From: Pseudomonas aeruginosa PAO1
GTDB lineage: Bacteria; Pseudomonadota; Gammaproteobacteria; Pseudomonadales; Pseudomonadaceae
DNA: 64,000 nt
Direction: 5' to 3' (one strand)
NCBI RefSeq assembly: GCF_000006765.1
Contig: NC_002516.2
Both the position numbers and the translations under genes were made by a program. The notes under the pieces are model-generated. The model did not search any database. It was not told the origin of the DNA and saw nothing but the letters and a program-made list of their open reading frames with translations. Shown here piece after piece: positions 19,302-28,838 of the stretch. Within the stretch, counting starts at the first letter, position 1. The number at the start of each line of letters is the position of its first letter.

Positions 19302-19709
19302 TCAGGCGTCGTGCGGCGGGCGGGTCTTCTGGCGGAGGATATAGATGCTGACCAGTACCGCGCTGGTCAGCATGAAGCCCTGGGCCCAGGGGCGTCGGAC
19401 CAGGTAGCAGGAAAGGGCGATGCTGGCCCACATCAGGCCGATGGCGTAGACCTTGCCCTTGAGCGGGATGCCTTCGCCGTCGAGATAGTCGCGGATCCAC
19501 GGGCCGAGCCGTGGATGGCCGACCAGCCAGTGGTAGAAGCGCGGCGAGCTGCGCATGAAGCAGGCCGCCGCGAGGAGCAAGAAAGGCGTGGTCGGCAGCA
19601 CCGGCAGGAAGATGCCGATCACGCCCAGGGCTACGCTTAGGAAACCCACGGCCTGGAGGCTATAGCGCACCCAGGCACGAGCGCTCGGGCGAATTTCCCG
19701 CTGCGCCAC
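19302..19709 (-). CDS. YbaN (DUF454) family membrane protein
   Basis: GTG start after GGAG. LGVIGIFLPVLPTTPFLLLAAACFMRSSPRF is the family signature. Confidence 0.88.
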   Translation of the reverse strand: MAQREIRPSARAWVRYSLQAVGFLSVALGVIGIFLPVLPTTPFLLLAAACFMRSSPRFYHWLVGHPRLGPWIRDYLDGEGIPLKGKVYAIGLMWASIALSCYLVRRPWAQGFMLTSAVLVSIYILRQKTRPPHDA

Positions 19710-19720
19710 CGCGGCGCTCC

Positions 19721-20308
19721 TTAGTGCGTGCGCGGCTTGAGCAGGGCGGGCTTTTCTTCCGGCGCCTGGCAGAGCAGGAACAGGTTGGTCAGCAGGTCGG
19801 GAATCTGCGCGACCATGTCGTCCACCAGGTGGCGGTCGCGGGCGATCTCGTCGAACTCGGGCTGCTCGTCGAACAGGCCGGAGCCGACCATGATAGGCAG
19901 CAGCAGCTCGCTGACTTCCTCCTCGGCCTGCTCGAACCAGACTTCCTCGCGAAGGAACACGCCTTCCATGAAGCCGATGCACCAGCCGCGCAGGTCGGAG
20001 TCGTCCGGCTCGTCGCCGAGGTCGAGGTCGCAGGGCAGCTCGAGGTCTTCGTCGCTGGCCAGCACGCGGGTGATGTGCGCCTTGAGCTGCTCGAGGGAAG
20101 TCTCGATCTCCTGGCGCTCCTCATCGCTGCGGTAGTGCGGCGGTTCGGCGAACAGGGCGTCGATCCACTCCCGCTCCGGCACCTGCTCCGGGCAGATGGA
20201 GAGGGCGGTCAGGTAGCCGTGGGTCGCCACGTAGTCCAGCGCTTCTTCGTGCAGGTCATCGGCATCGAGGAAGGCTTGCAGACGGGACAGTTTTTCGGCG
20301 AAGGACAT
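19721..20308 (-). CDS. YecA/UPF0149 family protein
   Basis: MSFAEKLSRLQAFL...HGYLTALSICPEQVPEREWI...WCIGFMEG, acidic, 195 aa. Confidence 0.85.
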   Translation of the reverse strand: MSFAEKLSRLQAFLDADDLHEEALDYVATHGYLTALSICPEQVPEREWIDALFAEPPHYRSDEERQEIETSLEQLKAHITRVLASDEDLELPCDLDLGDEPDDSDLRGWCIGFMEGVFLREEVWFEQAEEEVSELLLPIMVGSGLFDEQPEFDEIARDRHLVDDMVAQIPDLLTNLFLLCQAPEEKPALLKPRTH

Positions 20309-20428
20309 CAGGGTACTACCTCGGGAGGGATGCGGCTCTGGATTGTAGTCCAGACGGGACCTGCGGGCAAAGCGAGCGTGCCTGCTGCGGCGCCCTGGCG
20401 AGCGTTTCACGGAGGCTCTCGGCGAAGT

Positions 20429-20444
20429 TGGCCCGGACCTTGCT
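20429..20444 (+). promoter_or_regulatory. Sigma54 -24/-12 promoter of fliK
   Basis: TGGCCC-GGACC-TTGCT fits TGGCAC-N5-TTGCW. Confidence 0.8.
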
Positions 20445-20495
20445 CCATCCCTTGCGCAAGCCACGACGCAATCCCTTCGCAAATGGAGAATTCCC

Positions 20496-21779
20496 ATGGC
20501 CGTCGCCCCTGGTGTGTTGTTGCCGCCGACGCCTGATGTAAAGCCCAAGGCCGCTGCGCCGAAGAGCCAGCAGAAAACGCCTGAGCCCAGTAACGACAAG
20601 ACTTCCAGCTTCTCCGACATGTATGCCAAGGAGACCGCGAAGAAGCCCGCCGAGCGCGCCGACGGTCCCGCGAAGGGTTCGCGGGACAAGCCACGGGACG
20701 CCGGCAAGGACGCCGCCGAAGCGCAGCCGACGGATGCCGTCAGGCAGCCGGCCGTTGCCGAAGACGGCAAGCCTTTGCCGGCCGACGGCCAGGCCAAGGC
20801 CGACGGCGAAGATAAAGTCGAAACGCCGGTCGATCCGCTGCAATTGCTCGGCCTCGGCGGTGCCGTACCGTTGCTCGACGAGAATACCCAGGCGACTTTG
20901 CTGCCACCGGCCGTGCCGACGGCCAGCAGTGCTCCGGCCAGCCTTACCGAAGCCAGCAGCGACCCGACCCTGGTCAAGCTCAACGGCGTGCCGGCGGTGA
21001 ACATGGCCCTGGAGCAGGGCGCCCAGGACGCCGCGCAGACGGCGAAAGGCGGGCCGGCGAAGAGCGCCGATCCCCGCCAGGCGAACCTCGGCGATGCCCT
21101 TGCCGGCCTGACCTCGGATTCCTTGACCAAGGCCGTCGACGGCAAGGCGCTCGAGGCCCAGTTGCAGCAGACCGCCGAGCCGGCCGTCGCCAGCGCCGCC
21201 TCCGAGAGCCTGCTGGAGAGCAAGGCGGAACCCCGCGGTGAACCTTTCGCGGCCAAGCTCAACGGGCTGACCCAGGCCATGGCGCAACAGGCCCTGACCA
21301 ACCGTCCGGTGAACGGCACGGTGCCCGGCCAGCCGGTGGCGATGCAGCAGAACGGCTGGAGCGAGGCGGTGGTGGACCGGGTGATGTGGATGTCCAGCCA
21401 GAACCTGAAGTCGGCGGAGATCCAGCTCGACCCCGCCGAGCTGGGACGCCTGGACGTGCGCATCCACATGACCGCCGACCAGACCCAGGTGACCTTCGCC
21501 AGTCCCAACGCCGGCGTTCGCGACGCCCTGGAAAGCCAGATGCACCGGCTGCGCGACATGTTCAGCCAGCAGGGCATGAACCAGCTCGACGTGAACGTCT
21601 CCGACCAGTCGCTGGCGCGGGGCTGGCAGGGCCAGCAGCAGGGCGAGGGCGGATCGGCGCGCGGACGCGGCTTGGCCGGCGAGGCCTCGGGCGATGAGGA
21701 AACCCTCGCCGGAGTCAGCGAGATCCGCAGCCGGCCGGGTGCGTCGGCGGCGCGCGGTCTGGTCGACTACTACGCCTGA
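20496..21779 (+). CDS. fliK: Flagellar hook-length control protein FliK
   Basis: Disordered Ala/Pro-rich N-terminal part and a C-terminal FliK domain (AEIQLDPAELGRLDVRI...LESQMHRLRDMF). Confidence 0.9.
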   Translation: MAVAPGVLLPPTPDVKPKAAAPKSQQKTPEPSNDKTSSFSDMYAKETAKKPAERADGPAKGSRDKPRDAGKDAAEAQPTDAVRQPAVAEDGKPLPADGQAKADGEDKVETPVDPLQLLGLGGAVPLLDENTQATLLPPAVPTASSAPASLTEASSDPTLVKLNGVPAVNMALEQGAQDAAQTAKGGPAKSADPRQANLGDALAGLTSDSLTKAVDGKALEAQLQQTAEPAVASAASESLLESKAEPRGEPFAAKLNGLTQAMAQQALTNRPVNGTVPGQPVAMQQNGWSEAVVDRVMWMSSQNLKSAEIQLDPAELGRLDVRIHMTADQTQVTFASPNAGVRDALESQMHRLRDMFSQQGMNQLDVNVSDQSLARGWQGQQQGEGGSARGRGLAGEASGDEETLAGVSEIRSRPGASAARGLVDYYA

Positions 21780-21804
21780 GGCGAACGACTGCATTTCCCC
21801 TTTG

Positions 21805-21831
21805 GGCCTCCTGCGGGAGGCCTTTCTTTTT
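21805..21831 (+). terminator. Intrinsic terminator after fliK
   Basis: GGCCTCC-TGCG-GGAGGCC followed by TTTCTTTTT. Confidence 0.85.
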
Positions 21832-21957
21832 CCGGAGCGGGCAATTTCGCAAAAGACGGGGATGATTTCCTGTGGCCAGGCTGTAATATCCGCGCCGTCT
21901 ATCATCTCGGACAGCCCTCCGGGGCTGGTCCCAGGAGGCGGGGCGGCGTTGCAGAAA

Positions 21958-21973
21958 TGGCACAACCCTTGCT
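21958..21973 (+). promoter_or_regulatory. Sigma54 promoter of the fliL operon
   Basis: TGGCAC-AACCC-TTGCT is an exact consensus match. Confidence 0.9.
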
Positions 21974-22022
21974 CTGCCCCTGTGAAACCCTTCATTTGAC
22001 GCTATAGCGACGGATTTTTGGC

Positions 22023-22544
22023 ATGGCTAAGAAAGAGGCGACACCCGCCGACGCGGGGGCTCCGAGCGGCGGCAAGAGCAAGCTGAAGCTGATCCTGCTG
22101 ATCGTGGTCGGCCTGCTGCTGGCGATCGGCCTGTCGGTGGGCGGCACCTGGTTCTTCCTCAGCAAGTCGCTGAAGGCCGAGAAGACCGAGGAAGTCGCCA
22201 GCGAGGCGGCGAAGCCGGGCAAGCAGCCGGCGCTCTACGAGATCCTGGCGCCGGCCTTCGTCGTCAACTTCAACCAGAACGGCCGGCAGCGCTACATGCA
22301 GGTCGGCGTCGCGTTGATGGGGCGCGACAAGGCGCAGATGGACGCATTGCGCGAGCACATGCCGCTGGTTCGCAATAAACTGGTGATGCTGTTCTCGAGT
22401 CAGAGTTTCGACTCGCTGGTGACTCCGGTGGGCAAGGAAATGCTCCGCCAGCAGGCGACCGCCGGATTGCAGGAACTGGCCAAGAAGGAAACCGGCCAAC
22501 TGGCTATCGAACAAGTGTTGTTCACCAATTTCGTGCTGCAGTAG
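22023..22544 (+). CDS. fliL: Flagellar basal body protein FliL
   Basis: Single N-terminal TM, FVVNF and a C-terminal VLFTNFVLQ. Confidence 0.95.
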   Translation: MAKKEATPADAGAPSGGKSKLKLILLIVVGLLLAIGLSVGGTWFFLSKSLKAEKTEEVASEAAKPGKQPALYEILAPAFVVNFNQNGRQRYMQVGVALMGRDKAQMDALREHMPLVRNKLVMLFSSQSFDSLVTPVGKEMLRQQATAGLQELAKKETGQLAIEQVLFTNFVLQ

Positions 22545-22551
22545 GTATCCC

Positions 22552-23523
22552 ATGGCCGTGCAAGATCTGCTTTCCCAGGATGAAATCGACGCGCTGTTGC
22601 ACGGCGTCGACGATGGCCTGGTGGAAACCGAAGTCGAGGCGACGCCGGGATCGGTCAAGTCCTATGACCTGACCAGCCAGGACCGCATCGTCCGGGGCCG
22701 CATGCCGACCCTGGAGATGATCAACGAGCGTTTCGCCCGCTACACCCGCATCAGCATGTTCAACCTGCTGCGCCGTTCGGCCGACGTCGCGGTCGGCGGC
22801 GTGCAGGTGATGAAGTTCGGCGAGTACGTGCACTCGCTGTACGTTCCCACCAGCCTCAACCTGGTGAAGATGAAGCCGCTGCGCGGCACCGCGCTGTTCA
22901 TCCTCGACGCCAAGCTGGTGTTCAAGCTGGTGGACAACTTCTTCGGCGGCGACGGCCGCCACGCCAAGATCGAGGGCCGCGAGTTCACCCCGACCGAACT
23001 GCGGGTGGTGCGGATGGTGCTGGAGCAGGCCTTCGTCGATCTGAAGGAAGCCTGGCAGGCGGTGCTGGAGATGAACTTCGAGTACGTCAACTCGGAGGTC
23101 AACCCGGCCATGGCCAACATCGTCAGTCCCAGCGAGGTGGTGGTGGTCTCCACCTTCCACATCGAACTGGACGGCGGTGGCGGCGACCTGCACATCACCA
23201 TGCCCTACTCGATGATCGAGCCGATCCGCGAGATGCTCGACGCCGGTTTCCAGTCCGACCACGACGACCAGGACGAGCGCTGGATCAAGGCCCTGCGCGA
23301 GGACGTGCTGGACGTCCAGGTACCGCTCGGCGCCACCGTGGTCCGCCGCCAGCTCAAGCTGCGCGACATCCTGCACATGCAGCCGGGCGACGTGATCCCG
23401 GTGGAGATGCCGGAACACATGGTGATGCGCGCCAACGGCGTGCCCGCCTTCAAGGTCAAGCTGGGCGCCCACAAGGGCAACCTGGCGCTACAGATTCTCG
23501 AAGCGGTCGAGCGCTCGCGCTGA
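22552..23523 (+). CDS. fliM: Motor switch protein FliM
   Basis: N-terminal LSQDEIDALL CheY-binding peptide and RIVRGRMPTLEMINERFAR. Confidence 0.97.
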   Translation: MAVQDLLSQDEIDALLHGVDDGLVETEVEATPGSVKSYDLTSQDRIVRGRMPTLEMINERFARYTRISMFNLLRRSADVAVGGVQVMKFGEYVHSLYVPTSLNLVKMKPLRGTALFILDAKLVFKLVDNFFGGDGRHAKIEGREFTPTELRVVRMVLEQAFVDLKEAWQAVLEMNFEYVNSEVNPAMANIVSPSEVVVVSTFHIELDGGGGDLHITMPYSMIEPIREMLDAGFQSDHDDQDERWIKALREDVLDVQVPLGATVVRRQLKLRDILHMQPGDVIPVEMPEHMVMRANGVPAFKVKLGAHKGNLALQILEAVERSR

Positions 23524-23550
23524 CCGCTTCCCCCGGAGGAAAGACGAACC

Positions 23551-24024
23551 ATGGCAGACGAAGAAAAAGTGACCACCGAGGAACAGGCACTGGCCGACGA
23601 GTGGGCGGCGGCGCTGGCCGAGGCGGGCGACGCCAGCCAGGACGACATCGATGCGCTGATGGCCCAGGGCGGCGCGACTCCCGTGGCGGAGCCGAGTACC
23701 CCGCGGGCGCCGATGGAAGAGTTCGGCGCTTCGCCGAAGGCACCGACCATTTCCGGCCTGGAGGGGCCCAACCTGGATGTGATCCTGGACATCCCGGTGA
23801 CCATTTCCATGGAGGTCGGGCATACCGACATCAGCATCCGCAACCTGCTGCAGCTCAACCAGGGGTCGGTGATCGAACTCGATCGCCTGGCCGGCGAGCC
23901 GCTGGACGTACTGGTCAACGGCACCCTGATCGCCCACGGCGAGGTGGTGGTAGTGAACGAGAAGTTCGGCATCCGCCTGACCGACGTGATCAGTCCCAGC
24001 GAACGCATCAAGAAGCTGCGCTGA
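23551..24024 (+). CDS. fliN: Motor switch protein FliN
   Basis: ILDIPVTISMEVG...GEVVVVNEKFGIRLT SpoA domain. Confidence 0.97.
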   Translation: MADEEKVTTEEQALADEWAAALAEAGDASQDDIDALMAQGGATPVAEPSTPRAPMEEFGASPKAPTISGLEGPNLDVILDIPVTISMEVGHTDISIRNLLQLNQGSVIELDRLAGEPLDVLVNGTLIAHGEVVVVNEKFGIRLTDVISPSERIKKLR

Positions 24025-24025
24025 C

Positions 24026-24478
24026 ATGCGTCGCTACCTGTTCGCCGGCTTCCTGCCGGCACTCGCCTCGCTGAGCGCGCCGCTGTGCGCCGCCGAGGGG
24101 ACGACGGGTGCCGCCGCGCCGACGGTGGGCGCCGCTTCCGGCGCCGCCGCGCAACTGGCCCAACTGGTGCTCGGCCTGGGCCTGGTGATCGGCCTGATCT
24201 TCCTGCTCGCCTGGCTGGTGCGCCGGGTGCAACAGGCCGGTCCGCGCGGCAACCGCTTGATCCGCACCCTTGCCAGCCAGCCGCTGGGTCCGCGCGACCG
24301 GCTGGTGCTGGTGCAGGTCGGTGAGGAGCAGATCCTGCTCGGCCTGACGCCCGGCCGGATCACGCCGTTGCACGTGCTCAAGGAGCCGGTACACCTGCCG
24401 GACGGCGAGCCGGCCACGCCGGAATTCGCCCAGCGCCTGCTGGAGCTGCTGAACAAGGACCCCAAGGGCAAGCCATGA
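24026..24478 (+). CDS. fliO: Flagellar export chaperone FliO
   Basis: TM segment followed by [13 protein letters not shown]...LLGLT, in the expected position. Confidence 0.93.
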
Positions 24479-25242
24479 CTCCGCGCATCTCCCTGGCCGG
24501 CGCGCTCGCCGCGCTCTGCCTTCTGCTGCTGGCGCCGTGGCCGGCGCTGGCCGCCGACCCGACATCGATCTCGGCGATCACCGTGACCACCAACGGCCAG
24601 GGCCAGCAGGAGTATTCGGTCAGCCTGCAGATCCTGCTGATCATGACCGCGCTGAGCTTCATCCCGGCGTTCGTCATGCTGATGACCAGCTTCACCCGGA
24701 TCATCATCGTCTTCTCCATCCTGCGCCAGGCGCTGGGCCTGCAATCGACGCCGTCGAACCAGGTGCTGGTGGGGCTGGCGCTGTTCCTGACCATGTTCGT
24801 CATGGCCCCGGTGTTCGACAAGATCAACAGCCAGGCCCTGCAGCCCTACCTGAACGAGCAGATTCCCGCCCAGGAAGCCCTGCAAAAGGCCGAGGTACCG
24901 CTGAAGGCGTTCATGCTGGCGCAGACTCGCACCTCCGACCTGGAGCTGTTCGTCCGCCTGTCCAAGCGCACCGACATCGGCAGCCCGGAGGCGACGCCGC
25001 TGACCATCCTGGTCCCGGCCTTCGTCACGTCCGAGCTGAAGACGGCGTTCCAGATCGGCTTCATGATCTTCATCCCGTTCCTGATCATCGACCTGGTGGT
25101 GTCCAGCGTGCTGATGGCGATGGGCATGATGATGCTGTCGCCGCTGATCATTTCCCTGCCGTTCAAGATCATGCTGTTCGTCCTGGTGGATGGCTGGGCG
25201 CTGATCATCGGGACGCTGGCGGGCAGTTTCGGCACCGTCTAG
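24475..25242 (+). CDS. fliP: Export gate protein FliP
   Basis: [19 protein letters not shown] and [10 protein letters not shown]...MMMLSP...PFK. Confidence 0.97.
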
Positions 25243-25289
25243 CGGTGGTGCCGCCGGCTTGACGCGCCGCTGGCGCACTGGAGAGAGAC

Positions 25290-25559
25290 ATGACCCCTGA
25301 GGTGGCACTCGACCTGTTCCGCGAGGCGTTGTGGCTGACGGCGATGATCGTCGGCGTGCTGGTGGTTCCGAGCCTGCTGGTCGGTCTCGTGGTGGCGATG
25401 TTCCAGGCCGCCACCCAGATCAACGAACAGACCCTGAGCTTCCTGCCGCGCCTGATGGTGATCCTGCTCACCCTGATCGTGCTGGGCCCCTGGCTGCTGC
25501 GGCAGCTGATGGAATACACCCAGACGCTGATCGGCAACATCCCGCTGCTGATCGGCTGA
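25290..25559 (+). CDS. fliQ: Export gate protein FliQ
   Basis: FQAATQINEQTLSFLPR. Confidence 0.97.
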   Translation: MTPEVALDLFREALWLTAMIVGVLVVPSLLVGLVVAMFQAATQINEQTLSFLPRLMVILLTLIVLGPWLLRQLMEYTQTLIGNIPLLIG

Positions 25560-26335
25560 TGCTGGAGCTGACCAACGCGCAGATCGGCGGCTGGATCGCC
25601 AGCTTCGTGCTGCCGCTGTTCCGGGTCGCGGCGCTGCTGATGACCATGCCGGTGATCGGCACCCAGCTGGTGCCGGTGCGGGTGCGACTGTACCTGGCGC
25701 TGGGCGTCTGCGTGGTGCTGGTGCCGAACCTGCCGTCGATGCCGCAGGTGGACGCGCTGAGCATGAAGGCCATGCTGCTGATCGGCGAGCAGATCCTGGT
25801 CGGCGCCTTGCTCGGCTTTTCCCTGCAGTTGTTGTTCCACGCCTTCGTGATCGCCGGGCAGATCATCTCGATGCAGATGGGCCTGGGCTTCGCTTCCATG
25901 GTTGACCCGGCCAACGGCGTCTCGGTGCCGGTGCTCGGCCAGTTCTTCACCATGCTGGTGACGCTGCTGTTCCTGGCGATGAACGGACACCTGGTAGTGT
26001 TCGAGGTAATCGCCGAGAGCTTCGTCACCCTGCCGGTGGGCGAGGGCCTGAGCGGCAACCATTTCTGGATCATCGCCGGCAAGCTCGGCTGGGTGATGGG
26101 CGCGGCACTGCTGCTGGCGCTGCCGGCGATCACCGCGCTGCTGGTGGTGAACCTCGCCTTCGGCGCCATGACCCGCGCGGCGCCGCAACTGAACATCTTC
26201 TCCATCGGCTTTCCGTTGACCCTGGTGCTGGGCCTGGTGATCCTCTGGATCGGCACCGCCGACCTGCTCAGCCAGTACCAGGTGCTGGCCGGCGAGGCCC
26301 TGCAATTCCTCCGTGAACTGGTGCGGGCGAAATAG
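25559..26335 (+). CDS. fliR: Export gate protein FliR
   Basis: ATG overlaps the fliQ stop. MQMGLGFASMVDP and RAAPQLNIFSIGFP. Confidence 0.96.
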   Translation: MLELTNAQIGGWIASFVLPLFRVAALLMTMPVIGTQLVPVRVRLYLALGVCVVLVPNLPSMPQVDALSMKAMLLIGEQILVGALLGFSLQLLFHAFVIAGQIISMQMGLGFASMVDPANGVSVPVLGQFFTMLVTLLFLAMNGHLVVFEVIAESFVTLPVGEGLSGNHFWIIAGKLGWVMGAALLLALPAITALLVVNLAFGAMTRAAPQLNIFSIGFPLTLVLGLVILWIGTADLLSQYQVLAGEALQFLRELVRAK

Positions 26336-26337
26336 CC

Positions 26338-27474
26338 ATGGCCGAGAGCGAGAGCGGGCAGGACAAGACAGAGGAACCCACGGAGAAACGCCGCCGCGAG
26401 GCGCGCGAGAAAGGGCAGTTGCCGCGTTCGCGGGAGCTGAACACCCTGGCCATCCTCATGGCCGGCGCCGGCGGCCTGCTGATCTACGGCGCCGACCTGG
26501 CGGGCGCCCTGTTGCGCCTGATGCGCAGCAATTTCGAGCTGTCCCGGGAAACCGCGATGAATACCGAGAGCATGCTGCAATTGCTCGGCGCTTCGGCCTA
26601 CCTGGCTGCCCAGGGGCTCTGGCCGATCCTGCTGATGCTGCTGGTGGCGGCGATCGTCGGGCCGATCGCCCTCGGCGGCTGGCTGTTCTCGATGGACGCC
26701 CTGCAACCCAAGTTCAGCCGGCTCAACCCGCTGTCGGGGCTGAAGCGGATGTTTTCCGCCAAGTCGCTGCTCGAACTGAGCAAGGCGCTGATCAAGTTCC
26801 TGGTGGTGCTGGCGGTGGCCCTGCTGGTGCTCTCCGCCGACCGCGACGCCCTCCTGGCGCTGGCGCACCAGCCGCTCGAGCAGGCGATCCTGCACAGCGT
26901 GCGGGTGGTCGGCTGGAGCGCCTTCTGGATGGCCTGCAGCCTGCTGCTGATCGCCGCGGTGGACGTGCCCTACCAGATCTGGGACAACCGCCAGAAGCTG
27001 CTGATGACCAAGCAGGAAGTCCGCGACGAATACAAGGACTCCGAGGGCAAGCCCGAGGTCAAGTCGAAGATCCGCCAGATGCAGCGCGAGATGGCGCAGA
27101 GACGGATGATGGCGGCGGTGCCGGAGGCCGACGTGGTGATCACCAACCCGACCCACTTCGCCGTAGCCCTGAAGTACGACCCGGCGGGCGGCGGGGCGCC
27201 GCTGCTGCTGGCCAAGGGCAACGATTTCCTGGCCCTGAAGATCCGCGAGGTGGCCCAGGAGCACAAGGTGATGGTCATGGAGTCGCCGGCGCTGGCGCGA
27301 GCGGTGTACTACTCCACCGAGCTGGATCAGGAGATTCCCGCCGGGCTCTATCTCGCCGTGGCCCAGGTGCTGGCCTATGTCTACCAGCTCAAGCAGTACC
27401 AGGCCGGCAAGGGCAAGCGGCCGAGCCCGTTGAAGGACCTGCCGATCCCGCCGGACCTGCGTCGCGACGAGTGA
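26338..27474 (+). CDS. flhB: Export substrate-specificity switch FlhB
   Basis: KTEEPTEKR N-terminus, four TM segments and the NPTH autocleavage motif. Confidence 0.98.
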   Translation: MAESESGQDKTEEPTEKRRREAREKGQLPRSRELNTLAILMAGAGGLLIYGADLAGALLRLMRSNFELSRETAMNTESMLQLLGASAYLAAQGLWPILLMLLVAAIVGPIALGGWLFSMDALQPKFSRLNPLSGLKRMFSAKSLLELSKALIKFLVVLAVALLVLSADRDALLALAHQPLEQAILHSVRVVGWSAFWMACSLLLIAAVDVPYQIWDNRQKLLMTKQEVRDEYKDSEGKPEVKSKIRQMQREMAQRRMMAAVPEADVVITNPTHFAVALKYDPAGGGAPLLLAKGNDFLALKIREVAQEHKVMVMESPALARAVYYSTELDQEIPAGLYLAVAQVLAYVYQLKQYQAGKGKRPSPLKDLPIPPDLRRDE

Positions 27475-27528
27475 CCTGGCTGGAGCTACGCGCCGCGCTG
27501 TGGCAGCCTTGGCCGATACCCGCTCGGG

Positions 27529-28806
27529 ATGAGAGCTTTGCCGTTCATGGATCGAACCTTGTCTGATCGTATTTTCCCGCCTGTCCTCCTGTTGCTCGCC
27601 CTGGCCTGGCTGCTGCCCTGGATGCCTGCGCACGCCGAAGCGCCGGCGGAATGGGTCGCCTTGCCCCTGTCGGAGCGGGTGGTGGATGCCACCCACACGC
27701 TGGACGAGGCGACGCGCCAACGCCTGGTGGAGAAGCTCGAGGCGCTGGAGCGGCGACGCGGTGCGCAGATCGCGGTGGTGATGCTGCCGACTACCGGTAC
27801 CCTCGATATCGAAGCCTTCTCCGACAAGTTGTTCCAGGCCTGGAAGCTCGGCCGCAAGGCGGTCGACGACGGTCTGCTGCTGGTGGTGGCCAAGGATGAC
27901 CGGCGCATGCGCATCGAGGTCGGCTACGGCCTGGAGGGTGCGGTGCCCGATGTGGTCGCCGGACGGATCATTCGCGAGCGGATGGCCCCGGCATTTCGCG
28001 AGGGCGACTACGCCGGCGGGATCGAGGCCGCGGTGGACGAGCTGATCCGCCTGGTCGACGGCGAAACGCTGCCGGCGGCCGCGTCGTCGGGTGCGCCGAA
28101 AGTCTCGCTGGGGCAATTGCCGGCGGAAGCCTGGGCGCTGCTGGTCGCCTTCATCTACGGATCGTTGGCCGGAGTGCTGTTGAGTGCCCGGGCGCTGCGC
28201 TGGCCCTGGCTGCTCGGCGGGGCGCTGCTCTGCTGGCTGTTGGGCACGCTGGCCGGCGCTTCCGGCGAATGGATGAGCGTGCTGCTGGTCGCTCCGCTGT
28301 GCATGCTGGTCGGCGGCGCGACCTTCGGCGCGCTGTGGACGGTGCGCCCGGCCTTCTACCTGGTGATCGGCGTACTGGTCTATGTAGCCCTGCTCGGGCT
28401 GGCGGCGCATTGGTTCAGCGCGGTGTCCTTCATCTACGGCCTGCTGTGGCCGGCCGGGGTGCTGATGCTGGCGGTTCTCTGCTGGTCGAACTACCGCCTG
28501 ATGCGCTCGCTGTGGCGCGAGCGGCGGAAAAGTTTCCACCGCCGACTATGGGCGTTGCTGGCGGCCTACCTGCTGCTCGGATTGCTGTCCGGTGGCCTGG
28601 ACGCACCGCTGGTCTGGCTGGCCCTGCTACCGTTCCAGCTCATGCTCGGGCTGCTGGTGTTCGGCCAGGTACGCCTGAGTGGGGGTGGTGGAGGCTCGTC
28701 GGGAAGCTCCGGCGGCGGTTCCTCCTCCTCTTCCTCCTCGTCGTCCGGCGGCTTTTCCGGGGGCGGTGGTTCCAGCGGCGGAGGCGGTGCCTCGGACAGT
28801 TGGTAA
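27529..28806 (+). CDS. TPM-domain (YgcG-like) membrane protein 1
   Basis: Signal peptide, TPM domain (WKLGRK..DDG.LL.VAKDDRRMRIEVGYGLEG), multi-TM region and a Gly/Ser tail ending GGASDSW. The start may be the ATG at 27547. Confidence 0.85.
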   Translation: MRALPFMDRTLSDRIFPPVLLLLALAWLLPWMPAHAEAPAEWVALPLSERVVDATHTLDEATRQRLVEKLEALERRRGAQIAVVMLPTTGTLDIEAFSDKLFQAWKLGRKAVDDGLLLVVAKDDRRMRIEVGYGLEGAVPDVVAGRIIRERMAPAFREGDYAGGIEAAVDELIRLVDGETLPAAASSGAPKVSLGQLPAEAWALLVAFIYGSLAGVLLSARALRWPWLLGGALLCWLLGTLAGASGEWMSVLLVAPLCMLVGGATFGALWTVRPAFYLVIGVLVYVALLGLAAHWFSAVSFIYGLLWPAGVLMLAVLCWSNYRLMRSLWRERRKSFHRRLWALLAAYLLLGLLSGGLDAPLVWLALLPFQLMLGLLVFGQVRLSGGGGGSSGSSGGGSSSSSSSSSGGFSGGGGSSGGGGASDSW

Positions 28807-28838
28807 TGGGTTCCCGTTCATTTCATTCGGAGACAAGG

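Noticed and set aside
19721-21577. 618 aa ORF appearing to extend the YecA-like gene
   Set aside because: The extension is antisense to fliK. The credible start is the ATG at 20308.
25468-28539. 1023 aa antisense ORF over fliR-flhB-TPM1
   Set aside because: Spans several real genes on the opposite strand and has no domain signatures.
28676-28806. Low-complexity GGC/TCC runs (also 30040-30182) as possible contingency repeats
   Set aside because: They encode the Gly/Ser tails typical of TPM/YgcG proteins, are imperfect and keep the reading frame.
28269-28838. N-terminal extension of the second TPM ORF suggesting a fusion or frameshift
   Set aside because: It overlaps TPM1 in another frame. 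TPM1 ends normally at 28806 and TPM2 has its own RBS and signal peptide at 28839.
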